Below, piece by piece: positions 46,687 through 55,522 of a stretch of DNA of 64,000 bases; the first letter of the stretch is position 1, and every line of letters begins with the position of its first letter. Under the pieces are notes generated by a model, which saw only the letters and a program-made list of their open reading frames with translations, was not told the origin of the DNA and searched no databases. Position numbers and translations under genes: made by a program. The stretch lies in NCBI GenBank assembly GCA_017938205.1, contig JAGBCA010000058.1, positions 53,564 to 117,563 of the forward strand. The letters are read 5' to 3'. The stretch is from Clostridia bacterium. GTDB taxonomy: Bacteria; Bacillota; Clostridia; Oscillospirales; CAG-272.

Positions 46687-47646
46687 TTATTTGCGTGCAC
46701 CGTCGGCGCTCGCATCGGACTTTTCAACCAAACGAATGAAGATGGACTCGAGATCCGTGCCCGTGGGTGCGAGCTCCATCAAGGGATAATTCTTTTCCGC
46801 GAGCAAGCGGAACAAGGGCTTGCGGATATCTATGCCGCGCGCGCCCTCAAGAAGGAATGCAGAGGCATCTCCCTCCTTCTCGCCCGTTGCCGTCACGCTC
46901 TTCATGCCCTGCATTCCGCGCAGCGCCGAAAGCACCTCGCGCTCAGGGCCTGCGATCTTGGCACGGTAGATCACCGTATCCTCCAGTGTGCGGGCAAGCT
47001 CGTCCGTTTTCTTATCCGCAATCAGACGGCCGCGATTGATGATCAGAACGCGCTTGCAGACCGACTGCACCTCGGCAAGAATATGCGTGGAAAGGATCAC
47101 CGTATGGCTCTTGGCGAGCGAGCGGATCAGATTTCTCACCTCAAGGATCTGCTTGGGGTCAAGGCCGACCGTCGGCTCATCAAAGATCACGACCTTGGGA
47201 TCGCCGATCAGCGCCTGGGCAATGCCAACGCGCTGCTTATAGCCCTTGGAAAGGTTGCGGATCAGGCGTTTTCTCACCTCACCGAGCTTCACGACGCCCA
47301 TGATCTCCTCAAGATGCGCCTCTCTTTCCAGCGCGCAGCCCTTCAGCTCGTACACGAAGCCGAGATACTCCTCCACCGTCATATCGGGGTAAAGCGGCGG
47401 CTGCTCCGGAAGATAGCCGATCATGCGCTTTGCCGCAATGGGATCCTCCTTGATATTAACACCGCCGATCTCCACCTCACCGGAGGATGCGGCCAGAAAT
47501 CCCGTCAGAATATTCATCGTGGTACTTTTTCCCGCACCGTTCGGACCGAGCAGGCCGACGACCTCGCCCTCCTCGATTTCAAACGAAACGTCATTCAACG
47601 CATAGTTCGCGCCGTAGCGCTTCACCAAATTTTCAACCTTTATCAT
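46687..47646 (-). CDS. ABC transporter ATP-binding protein (GldA-like)
   Basis: 319 aa from ATG 47646. Walker A GPNGAGKST, signature LSKGYKQRV, Walker B VVIFDEP. Confidence 0.9.
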   Translation of the reverse strand: MIKVENLVKRYGANYALNDVSFEIEEGEVVGLLGPNGAGKSTTMNILTGFLAASSGEVEIGGVNIKEDPIAAKRMIGYLPEQPPLYPDMTVEEYLGFVYELKGCALEREAHLEEIMGVVKLGEVRKRLIRNLSKGYKQRVGIAQALIGDPKVVIFDEPTVGLDPKQILEVRNLIRSLAKSHTVILSTHILAEVQSVCKRVLIINRGRLIADKKTDELARTLEDTVIYRAKIAGPEREVLSALRGMQGMKSVTATGEKEGDASAFLLEGARGIDIRKPLFRLLAEKNYPLMELAPTGTDLESIFIRLVEKSDASADGARK

Positions 47647-47707
47647 AATATCCAAGACCTCAACGAGGCCCTCCTTTCCATCTCTCGGTGTGATAGTACA
47701 CTCGGAA

Positions 47708-47716
47708 ATTATAACA
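47708..47716 (-). promoter_or_regulatory. extended -10 element upstream of the ABC-2/GldG operon
   Basis: TGTTATAAT on the minus strand, about 60 nt upstream of ATG 47646. Confidence 0.45.
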
Positions 47717-47767
47717 TATAAATATAAACATATTATTAACAAAACGCGCATCTTTATAAAATAATGT

Positions 47768-47810
47768 AAAAATAAAGGTGTCATAAATGCGATTTTGCAT
47801 TTATGACACC
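47768..47810 (-). terminator. rho-independent terminator overlapping the end of the Toprim gene
   Basis: Perfect 14-bp stem: ggtgtcataaatgc (47777-47790) pairs with gcatttatgacacc (47797-47810). A T-rich tail follows on the minus strand. Confidence 0.8.
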
Positions 47811-48403
47811 GTAATATCGGGAAAAAGCGAACGCACACACGCAAAAAATTCTTCGCGGGACAAAAGAAGGTTCACGGCGGCAAGCAGCGGCGTTGCCCCC
47901 ATGCCCGAGGGCAGAGAAAGCGCGTTTGCCAGCGCATCGCGGCGCAGGGTGGCGTTTTCCGCACCCGTCAGACCGCAAACGAAGAAATCCGTTTTGGTGA
48001 TCGGATCCCCCTTTTTTTCCTGTACGCCGCCCGAAAGCGGCAGAAAAAGCTCGTAGAGCAGATCTGCCTCCATACCCTCCACGCCGAGCGTGCCACTTTT
48101 CGAGGGGGCGGACTTGCGCCGCTCCTTGCCGCGGATCTCGGGAATATACAAGGGATGAATGCTCTCCTTCGGCAAAATGGAGGAGAGAAAGGCGCGGATC
48201 TGCCGACCGCCGCCGTCCGAATCCGTCAGCACGATGGCGCCGTCCTTGCAAAGGCGGCGCAAAAGCGCCTGCTTTTCCTTGGAATTGAAGATCGCAAAGC
48301 CTCCCGTCGTCAGGATCGTGGCGTCCAGGATCTGCGAAAGCGTGTTTTTATCGTATTTCCCCTCCACGATCACGGGCAAGGGGATGCGAAGCTTTTTTCG
48401 CAT
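47801..48403 (-). CDS. Toprim-domain protein (DUF4093 / RNase M5-like)
   Basis: 200 aa. VIVEGKYDK and LTDSDGGG acidic Toprim motifs. Its RBS lies inside the end of nth. Confidence 0.65.
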   Translation of the reverse strand: MRKKLRIPLPVIVEGKYDKNTLSQILDATILTTGGFAIFNSKEKQALLRRLCKDGAIVLTDSDGGGRQIRAFLSSILPKESIHPLYIPEIRGKERRKSAPSKSGTLGVEGMEADLLYELFLPLSGGVQEKKGDPITKTDFFVCGLTGAENATLRRDALANALSLPSGMGATPLLAAVNLLLSREEFFACVRSLFPDITVS

Positions 48404-48413
48404 AGTGTTCTCC

Positions 48414-49094
48414 TTAATCTATCTTCGTACGCGCACCTTCACGCTCGGCGCGCACGCAGAGCGCGCGCAAGGGACATTCGGGGCATTTCGGCGCACGCGC
48501 GGTGCAGACCTCGCGCCCGAACCAAACGATGCGATGGCAAAAATCGCTTCCCTCCTCGGGTGGGAGGATGCGCCGCAAAATATCCTCGATGCGTGCAGGA
48601 TCCTTCTGCGACTCGGGATACATTCCGAGGCGGCCGCAGATGCGGATGCAATGCGTATCGCAAACCACGGCGGGAAGCCCAAAAATATCGCCGAGCAAAA
48701 GATTGGCGATCTTTCGCCCAACGCCGGGAAACCGAAGCAGGGCATCCATATCCGCGGGGAGCTCTCCGCCAAACTCCTCCTTCAGCATGACCGAGGCATC
48801 CTTCAGGCTTTGCGCCTTCATCCGATAGAGTCCGCAGGGGCGAACGATCGCCTCGATCTTTTCCACCTCGGCCGCCGCCATTGCCTCATAATTCGGGTAT
48901 TTTGCAAACAATTCTTTGCAAACCTCGTTTACTCGCTCGTCCGTGCACTGTGCGGAGAGCCGTCCCATCACGAGAAGCTTCCACGGGTCTCCTTCGTATT
49001 TCAGCGCGCATTCCGCGCTCGGATAGCGTTCCTTCAGCAGTGCAATGATTTCGGTCATACGGCGGCGTTTTTCGGAAAGGCTTAACGCTCTCAT
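48414..49094 (-). CDS. nth: endonuclease III
   Basis: 226 aa. HhH-GPD core and a C-x6-C-x2-C-x5-C cluster (CTARAPKCPECPLRALC). ATGA overlap with maf. Confidence 0.9.
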   Translation of the reverse strand: MRALSLSEKRRRMTEIIALLKERYPSAECALKYEGDPWKLLVMGRLSAQCTDERVNEVCKELFAKYPNYEAMAAAEVEKIEAIVRPCGLYRMKAQSLKDASVMLKEEFGGELPADMDALLRFPGVGRKIANLLLGDIFGLPAVVCDTHCIRICGRLGMYPESQKDPARIEDILRRILPPEEGSDFCHRIVWFGREVCTARAPKCPECPLRALCVRAEREGARTKID

Positions 49095-49663
49095 GCCTCT
49101 TCCTCCGCCATGGAAAGCAGCTTTTCAACGAGGCGGCCGCTGAGGCCGACAACGGTGTCAAACGCCCCGTCGATCTTCGAAACGAAGGCGCCCGCCTTCC
49201 CTTGGATACCGTACGCCCCTGCCTTATCCATCGGCTCGCCGCTATCCACGTAGGCCGAGATCTCATCCTCCGTCAGCGTGCGAAAATGCACGGCGGTGGT
49301 ATCGGTTTCGGCAAGGACCTTGCCCTTATAGTGCACGCAAACACCCGTATGCACGTAATGCACCGAGCCGGAGAGCGCGCGCAGCATACGAACGGCATCC
49401 GCTCTGTCTGTCGGCTTGCCGAGCGGCACGCCGCCAAGCTCCACCAAGGTATCCGCCGAGAGAACGGGCAGAGCGTCTCCGCATTCTGCCGCCACGGCTG
49501 CCCCCTTCTTGATCGCCAGCAGGCGTACACCGTCAAAGGGCGAAACGCTCTCGGGCAGGCTCTCGTCCACCTCTGCGGTGCGGATCTGCAGGTCAAAGCC
49601 CATATCCGTCAGTATTTCTTTTCTTCTCGGCGAAGCCGAGGCAAGGATCAGTTTCTTTTTCAT
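49091..49663 (-). CDS. maf: Maf family nucleoside triphosphate pyrophosphatase
   Basis: 190 aa with an LILASASPRRKEIL start. ATGA overlap with the U32 gene. Confidence 0.9.
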   Translation of the reverse strand: MKKKLILASASPRRKEILTDMGFDLQIRTAEVDESLPESVSPFDGVRLLAIKKGAAVAAECGDALPVLSADTLVELGGVPLGKPTDRADAVRMLRALSGSVHYVHTGVCVHYKGKVLAETDTTAVHFRTLTEDEISAYVDSGEPMDKAGAYGIQGKAGAFVSKIDGAFDTVVGLSGRLVEKLLSMAEEEA

Positions 49664-51834
49664 TTGCTTTTCTTTCCGTTTTTCAGTTTCGTTTTCGGAT
49701 GGCCGCCATGCGAAAAGGATGTACCCTTTCGCTCCATGGGTCTTTCCTTTTCGGCTTTTTTCGCCATGGGGCGCGGGCTGTCCTTTTTGGGTGCAGGCGG
49801 CTCTGCCGCACCGTCATAGATACGCGCTTCGCTGACACCGATGCGGCGCACCTGCACGGAGAGCGGCTGTTGCGCATCATACGCGGCAACGATCCTTTTG
49901 ATCTCTGCCGCCGACTCGTCGGAGAAAATAAAATGCCGATGCAGAAGTCCGCGCCGCCCAAGCTCCTCCTGCTTATCTCCCATATAGGTGGGCACGGAAT
50001 TGAAGATCAGATTGCGATGCATATATTCCCGAAGGACGGGAAAGCGCATTCCGCGCCGATCCGTAAAGGCGAAGCTGCCGCAGGCAGAGCAGCCCGCGTT
50101 TTCTCGGACGAAGCACCGCTCCGTCAGCATCAGAGGCGCGCGCCCATAGACCAGCACACCGCCGACCGAGGCGGCGCGCGGCACCGTCAACTCAAGTGAG
50201 CAAAGCGCGTGCGCCGCACCAAGCCTATGCACAACGGCCGCAGCCTCGCAGTTATAAAGATTCATACGAAAATCCCCAACGGGGATCAGCCCTGCCTCAC
50301 GGCAGAGCGCAAAATGCGAAAGGTTTGAGATCAGGGCATAGCGCGCGCCGCGCTTTGCGGCGGCAGAAAGCCGCTCCCTCACATCGCCAAGCTCACGCTC
50401 CATGATCACGGGCGGAAGCGAAACACCGCTCACAGCGGGTGCCTCGGTATAATAAAGCAAGGGCACGAAAATAATGTCAAACGCTTCCCGCTCTGTCTCG
50501 GAGAGCGAGAAAAGCACCTCAGGCATATGGAAAACGGCGGTTTTGATCGGACTTTGCGCTTCGGGCCTTTGCAGAGATATTTCCTCTGTGGGCGGGGATT
50601 CCCTTTCGCTGCTCTCCATCGCAAGAGCGGCCGCGCGGCGCAGCGCGTTCACGGCGGCGGGCGAAAGATTGATGCCCTCGGAAAGCGTGATCGAAAGATC
50701 CTCGACAGAAAGCGAGAGATAGGTGTTTCCCATCTTGCAGAGCCGCTCTCGAAGCTCGTCCTCGGAAAGCGGCGCGCGAAGCGCGGGCGCAGGGATCTCG
50801 CCCTGCACCGTAACCGTTTTATGCGGTGCTTTGAGCGTAAGTCGGCAGGGCTCGCCCGAACGGAATACGGCCTCTGCCGAAACGGAAAGGCGCATCGGCG
50901 TAAAATCGCCCTTTGAGAGAGCGCGGCTCTCCTCCTTCTGCTGCTCGGAGCGCACGCCCGTCATTCCCGACAAGCGCCCTGTAAAATATCCGTCCGTAAA
51001 GCCGCTGCGGGAAAAGAGCGCGGAAAGCTCTCTTTCCTCGGCATCGGTGGCGTTTCTTTTTTCATCTAAAAGGCGGCGATAGATGCGCGTGACACCGTAC
51101 ACGTAATCGGGAGATTTCATACGCCCCTCGATCTTCAGAGAGGAAACGCCCGCATCCAAAAGCTCCGTTATATGGCGGGCAAGCGAAAGATCCTTCAGGG
51201 AAAGGGGATACCCTCCGTTTCCGTAGGGCAAGCGGCAGGGCTGGGCGCATTCGCCGCGATTGCCGCTGCGGCCGCCGACGAGCGAGGAAAAGAGGCATTG
51301 CCCCGAATGGCAAACGCAGAGCGCACCGTGCAAAAACACCTCAAGCTCCAGCGGCGCCTTTTCCACCATCTCCCGCATATCCGAAAGCGAGCATTCTCTC
51401 GCCACCACGGCCCGCGAAAGTCCAAGCTCGGCGGCGAGGCGCACACCCTCGCTGTTATGGAGTCCCATTTGCGTGGAGGCGTGCAGCTCCATGTGCGGCA
51501 AATACCGTCTGAGAAGCGAGATCCCGCCAAGATCGGTGACGATCAGGGCATCCACGCCCATTGCGTAAAGCGAGCGGCAGAAATCCAACCACGCAGGCAG
51601 CTCTCTTTCATATACCAGCGTATTGACCGTGACGTAGAGGCGAACGCCGTGCAGATGGCAATAGGCCACCGCCCGTTTCAGCCCCTCCCCGTCAAAATTC
51701 GCAGCAAAGGCGCGCGCGCCGAAGGCCTTGCCGCCAAGATACACGGCATCCGCTCCTGCACGGACGGCGGCATATAAGGCCTCCTCCGAGCCGGCAGGCG
51801 CCAGAAGCTCCGGAAGATCGCTATTTCTTCTCAT
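49660..51834 (-). CDS. U32 family protein (annotated peptidase; Fe-S enzyme family)
   Basis: 724 aa from ATG 51834. ELLAPAG start. Conserved Cys block HGALCVCHSGQCLFSSLVGGRSGNRGECAQPCRLPY. Confidence 0.85.
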   Translation of the reverse strand: MRRNSDLPELLAPAGSEEALYAAVRAGADAVYLGGKAFGARAFAANFDGEGLKRAVAYCHLHGVRLYVTVNTLVYERELPAWLDFCRSLYAMGVDALIVTDLGGISLLRRYLPHMELHASTQMGLHNSEGVRLAAELGLSRAVVARECSLSDMREMVEKAPLELEVFLHGALCVCHSGQCLFSSLVGGRSGNRGECAQPCRLPYGNGGYPLSLKDLSLARHITELLDAGVSSLKIEGRMKSPDYVYGVTRIYRRLLDEKRNATDAEERELSALFSRSGFTDGYFTGRLSGMTGVRSEQQKEESRALSKGDFTPMRLSVSAEAVFRSGEPCRLTLKAPHKTVTVQGEIPAPALRAPLSEDELRERLCKMGNTYLSLSVEDLSITLSEGINLSPAAVNALRRAAALAMESSERESPPTEEISLQRPEAQSPIKTAVFHMPEVLFSLSETEREAFDIIFVPLLYYTEAPAVSGVSLPPVIMERELGDVRERLSAAAKRGARYALISNLSHFALCREAGLIPVGDFRMNLYNCEAAAVVHRLGAAHALCSLELTVPRAASVGGVLVYGRAPLMLTERCFVRENAGCSACGSFAFTDRRGMRFPVLREYMHRNLIFNSVPTYMGDKQEELGRRGLLHRHFIFSDESAAEIKRIVAAYDAQQPLSVQVRRIGVSEARIYDGAAEPPAPKKDSPRPMAKKAEKERPMERKGTSFSHGGHPKTKLKNGKKSK

Positions 51835-51934
51835 CTCGCGCACTCCTTTCCGAAAAATCCGTTATAAACGACAATATTGCAAACAATTGTTTTCAAACAA
51901 CGATTTAAAAGATAAATGACTCAAAAAGAGGATC

Positions 51935-53878
51935 TTATTTTTCTTCTGCTATAGCGAGCTCGTTTTCCGCTTTTTCGAGATCGCGGCGCACCGCGCGCAA
52001 ATGCTCGGCGTGCATCACACGCTCACGCTGAATATCCCAAAGCATCGACCACTTGGCACACGCGTTCCGATCCTCGGGATAGAAGAAGCAAAGCTCCTTG
52101 CCCTCATAGAACTGGAAGTGCTTGCCCTCGGTATAGATCAAGGCCTGCAGCTCGGCAGGCGTTTTCTCATACCGCACCTGCTTTCCGTCCTCGGTGCCCT
52201 CGTAAACGATGCCGCCTTCCGTGAAGCGGCAGATGCCCTCTCCGCGCTCGGTCATAACGCCAATGCGCTTATCAAAGCGGTGAATGGTCACCTTTTCCTC
52301 AAAGGTGTAGTCCTTCAGGGTTTTCAGATACTCGATCTGCTCCGCGTGAAGATCGGAGATGGTTTTTCCGTCCGAAAGGTAGTTTTTATCAAACACCTGC
52401 GTGTGTCCGCAGGTCTTGCAGATGAGGCTGTTTTTCTCAGTCTCTCCTGCAAACTCCGCGCCACACTTCGGGCAGCGGAACAAAAGGCGCTCGAGCCCCT
52501 TCACGTTGGCACGCCGATTGGGCTTTTTGAGAGAAATGTAGCGGCGGCACTCGTCGTAGGAGAGTGCGGCGGTGATCTTAGCCTCCAGAACCTCGTCGCT
52601 GATCGAGGCAAGCTCCTCGGCGCTGACCACCTTATGCAGGTGAATATCCACGGGGGTCTTTCTGAGGCCTATACCCCACTTGGGCTTGCAGAAATATCCA
52701 CCCACGGTATGATACTCATATACGTCCATTCCCATGTGCCGAACGAGCGCGATCGTATCTCCAACCAAGGGGAAATTCGTTCCCGCGGCGGAAAGCCGCC
52801 CCTCGGGGAACAAGACCACGGAGCAGCCCTCGCGCTTCGCCGCCATCAGCTTTTTCGCGGTTTCAAGATCGGGGGAGAAAAGGCGCTTGGGAATGCATCC
52901 GAGATGCCGCATCAGAAAGCGTACGATGCGCGCCTCAAAATAGAAACGGTTGACAACAAAGGTCAGGCGGCGGGGATACATTGCCTTTGCGGCAAAATAA
53001 AAATCAAAGAAACAGGTATGACTGCCAAGGATCAGCACGGGGCGATCCTTTTCGGGGTGCTCGCAGTTCTTACGGTTGATGCGTGCAAAAAACGAGGCCG
53101 CAAGCGTAACGAAGGGAACGACAAAATGATAAAGAAAGGGGTTCGGGCGCTCCATGGCGTGCTCATCGTAAAACTCGTGCTTGATCCAGCCGCCAAGCGC
53201 CAGCATAATGATCGACAAAAGAAGCGCAAGCGCGGCGGAAAGCCAGATCATGGTCTGCCCTTCCCAAACGCCGAGCGTGGTATATATGAAAACCCCCAGA
53301 AGATCCGAAAACAGAATGGATGGAAGCATACCGACGGTGCAGGTGAGAAGGTACCGTCTATAAGAGATCTGCTTATTCGCACCGTAATACGCAACCGCAC
53401 CAAAGGGCACGAGCGGCATTACGAACCAAAGGCACATGGCCGCCATAGTTGCATTCTTATGGTTCATGCGCCCCTCTGCCTTCTGCACGCGCTCGGTTTT
53501 GCGCTCCAGCATCGTGAAAGGCAATTTAAGACGACGCACGAAAAGGAAGATCAGCGATGCGCCGATGAGCGCACCGAGGAGCATCAGCGGAATCGCAATA
53601 TAGAAGGGGTACGCAATTCCCACCGCCACCTGCAAAAGCTCCGGCGGAACGAAAACGACCAGCGTTTGCAGAAGCTGCAAGGAAAAGACGATCACCGCAC
53701 CGCGCAGACCGCGATCGCGAAGGTACGCCTTTGCATCCTCAAAACGCCCCTCCTCGCCCATGCGGAGAATATCCAGGACCTCTCCCGAAACCGAAACGTA
53801 TATCCATATCAGAACCGCCACGACGAGCAATAGAAGAAAAAGCTCCAGGGCCCGGAATATCTTCTTTTTCGTATTCAT
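51935..53878 (-). CDS. fusion protein: VTT (TVP38/TMEM64, DedA-superfamily) domain + 1-acyl-glycerol-3-phosphate acyltransferase-like domain + zinc ribbon
   Basis: 647 aa from ATG 53878 (GGAGG RBS). Polytopic N-terminal half. HTCFFD (Hx4D) and FPEG LPLAT motifs. CPKCGAEF...CKTCGH zinc ribbon. Confidence 0.7.
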   Translation of the reverse strand: MNTKKKIFRALELFLLLLVVAVLIWIYVSVSGEVLDILRMGEEGRFEDAKAYLRDRGLRGAVIVFSLQLLQTLVVFVPPELLQVAVGIAYPFYIAIPLMLLGALIGASLIFLFVRRLKLPFTMLERKTERVQKAEGRMNHKNATMAAMCLWFVMPLVPFGAVAYYGANKQISYRRYLLTCTVGMLPSILFSDLLGVFIYTTLGVWEGQTMIWLSAALALLLSIIMLALGGWIKHEFYDEHAMERPNPFLYHFVVPFVTLAASFFARINRKNCEHPEKDRPVLILGSHTCFFDFYFAAKAMYPRRLTFVVNRFYFEARIVRFLMRHLGCIPKRLFSPDLETAKKLMAAKREGCSVVLFPEGRLSAAGTNFPLVGDTIALVRHMGMDVYEYHTVGGYFCKPKWGIGLRKTPVDIHLHKVVSAEELASISDEVLEAKITAALSYDECRRYISLKKPNRRANVKGLERLLFRCPKCGAEFAGETEKNSLICKTCGHTQVFDKNYLSDGKTISDLHAEQIEYLKTLKDYTFEEKVTIHRFDKRIGVMTERGEGICRFTEGGIVYEGTEDGKQVRYEKTPAELQALIYTEGKHFQFYEGKELCFFYPEDRNACAKWSMLWDIQRERVMHAEHLRAVRRDLEKAENELAIAEEK

Positions 53879-53943
53879 AAAAATGCCTCCATGCAAAGGA
53901 TCAAGGTGCTATGTAAATACTGTAAATACATAACAATAAAATG

Positions 53944-53972
53944 ATTATAACACAGATCGGGGATTTTTGCAA
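53944..53972 (-). promoter_or_regulatory. sigma-70-type promoter of the VTT-acyltransferase gene
   Basis: On the minus strand: TTGCAA (53967-53972), 17-nt spacer, TATAAT (53944-53949). Confidence 0.55.
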
Positions 53973-54044
53973 GAGAGAAGCGGGCTTTGCCCCACTTTTT
54001 CGTCAAAAGACGAGAAAAAGAGCTATCAATTATACGCAAAAGCA

Positions 54045-54087
54045 ATAAAAAACGGGGCGGAGACGTTAAAAACAGCATCTCCGCCCT
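54045..54087 (-). terminator. rho-independent terminator after thiT
   Basis: ggcggaga pairs with tctccgcc (54055-54086). A T6 run follows on the minus strand. Confidence 0.7.
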
Positions 54088-54149
54088 ATGTTTATAATCG
54101 ACCGTTTTTTACCTCAAACTTTTCTGCTTTGAAAGATACATTCTCTCAA

Positions 54150-54956
54150 TCAGCGGTGCTCAAGTCTTCGCGCAACGATCAGAGATACGCCGAAAAGCAA
54201 AGCACCCGCCGCGCTGATCCCCAGCACCCAAGCCCACGGCACGGAGGCAAGCCCCGAAAGCGCGATCGCACCCGTGACCTGCAAGGCAGAAAAGATCACG
54301 ATCACGTCATACACGGCGGCCGCAAGCAAAAACACGCCGCCAACGAGCACCGCGGCAAACGCCCCCGCGGAGGAGGCTTTTGCTTTCGCAATACGTCGCG
54401 GCGTAGCCGCGCTGAAATCCATGGCCTCGGAAAGATAGAACAGCACGAGAAGCAAGATCAGCGTTTCGGGTATCATATAGGTCGCGTTATACGAAAGCGA
54501 GCCGATCAGCACCGCCTCCGTGGGGATCGAAAGCCCCGCCCAAACGGTAGCCCCCGAGAGCACGTGGCAAAGATAGCGCAAAACCGAAGCAAGCGCCGCA
54601 CCCGAAATGAGCGCGAGGCTCTGGCGCATACCGCTTTTTCTGAAGCAGCCGCCGAGCCCAAGCACCGCAAAGGCGATCACGTAGTCCAAAAGGATCACCG
54701 CGAGCACCGAGGCAAAGCCCGTCACGAACGAAAGATTTTTCAATCCCAGAAGCTGCTGGATCACGCCGTATACCGTGCCGGCCGCAAGGCCGTATTTCAC
54801 GCCGTGGCGGTACGAGATCAGAACGATCGGCAGCATCGAGGCAAAGGTCACAGATCCCCCCGCAGGCAGCTCCGCCAGCTTTAAAAGACTCAAGACCGTA
54901 GCAAGCGCGATCATCACCGCGCTCTCCACGAGAGCCAAAACCTTTTTGTTTTCCAT
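54150..54956 (-). CDS. thiT: energy-coupled thiamine transporter S component (ThiT-like) with C-terminal hydrophobic extension
   Basis: 268 aa. ThiT-like N-terminal ~180 aa. Sits directly behind a TPP riboswitch. Confidence 0.75.
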   Translation of the reverse strand: MENKKVLALVESAVMIALATVLSLLKLAELPAGGSVTFASMLPIVLISYRHGVKYGLAAGTVYGVIQQLLGLKNLSFVTGFASVLAVILLDYVIAFAVLGLGGCFRKSGMRQSLALISGAALASVLRYLCHVLSGATVWAGLSIPTEAVLIGSLSYNATYMIPETLILLLVLFYLSEAMDFSAATPRRIAKAKASSAGAFAAVLVGGVFLLAAAVYDVIVIFSALQVTGAIALSGLASVPWAWVLGISAAGALLFGVSLIVARRLEHR

Positions 54957-54971
54957 CCTCGGAAAACCTCC

Positions 54972-55118
54972 TATAAAAAATTCGCCGCACAGAAAATATC
55001 CGTGTGGCGATTTCTTATAGCATCTTCCTACGACGGCATTATCCGTATCAGGTTATAAGGGTTTGGACCGTTCCATCTCAGCCTTTCGGCACCCCTGATA
55101 TTATTCTGTTTTCAGCGT
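54972..55118 (-). promoter_or_regulatory. TPP (THI-box) riboswitch with terminator expression platform
   Basis: The minus strand reads ...caggggtgccgaaaggctgagatggaac...acctgatacggataatgccgtcg.... A hairpin follows (54982-55010), then a T6 run. Confidence 0.9.
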
Positions 55119-55125
55119 TAGGGCA

Positions 55126-55154
55126 AGTATAGCACGGTTTTCGCCGTTTGTCAA
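55126..55154 (-). promoter_or_regulatory. sigma-70-type promoter of the TPP riboswitch-thiT unit
   Basis: On the minus strand: TTGACA (55149-55154), 17-nt spacer, TATACT (55126-55131). Confidence 0.6.
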
Positions 55155-55240
55155 GAAAAACCGAAAAAATTTTCTCTGCCGCCACTCTTGCCTATGGCAA
55201 CTTTTTTTGAGAAAGCAGTTTTTGCTTCTCCATCCGGCGT

Positions 55241-55468
55241 CTATTTCTTTTCAAATCGATTTAGCTTTTCCGGATCATCAATAAGTCCTGCTAAGTAATC
55301 CAAGCTCACATTGTAGTAGCGGGCAAGCGCAATAACAAAATCAAAGGGCGGCTCACGCTTTCCTATTTCGTAATTTCGATATGTATTGAGCCACATTCCG
55401 ATAGCTTCGGCTACCTCTTGTTGCGTTTTGTCTGCATCTTCTCTCAAATCACGTATTCTTTGGTACAT
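55241..55468 (-). CDS. XRE family HTH transcriptional regulator
   Basis: 75 aa from ATG 55468 (GGAGG RBS). MYQRIRDLREDADKTQQEVAEAIG is HTH_3-like. AT-richer islet. Confidence 0.8.
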   Translation of the reverse strand: MYQRIRDLREDADKTQQEVAEAIGMWLNTYRNYEIGKREPPFDFVIALARYYNVSLDYLAGLIDDPEKLNRFEKK

Positions 55469-55522
55469 AAAAACCTCCAAAGCATTTATGATACAATTTT
55501 ACCACAACATCAATTGATTGTA

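Noticed and set aside
46687-47844. ORF-track N-terminal extensions of real genes: the ABC ATPase to 47844, the citrate synthase to 19169, the HAD hydrolase to 58769, pheT to 4871, hpf to 14469 and rsuA to 24293.
   Set aside because: The extensions run through promoters, terminators or the repeat element and lack an RBS. Internal ATG codons with GGAGG-type RBSs give N-termini typical of each family.
15388-53833. Other long antisense ORFs: 15388-16974, 17805-19094, 25846-27213, 33330-34940, 35821-36993, 37744-39639, 45281-46324, 46660-47721, 52001-53833, 56496-57896, and also 60264-61190.
   Set aside because: Each lies opposite a gene with clear family motifs (aconitase, citrate synthase, Tex, Sel1, TF-like, ABC and others). 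None has a convincing RBS or a recognisable domain.
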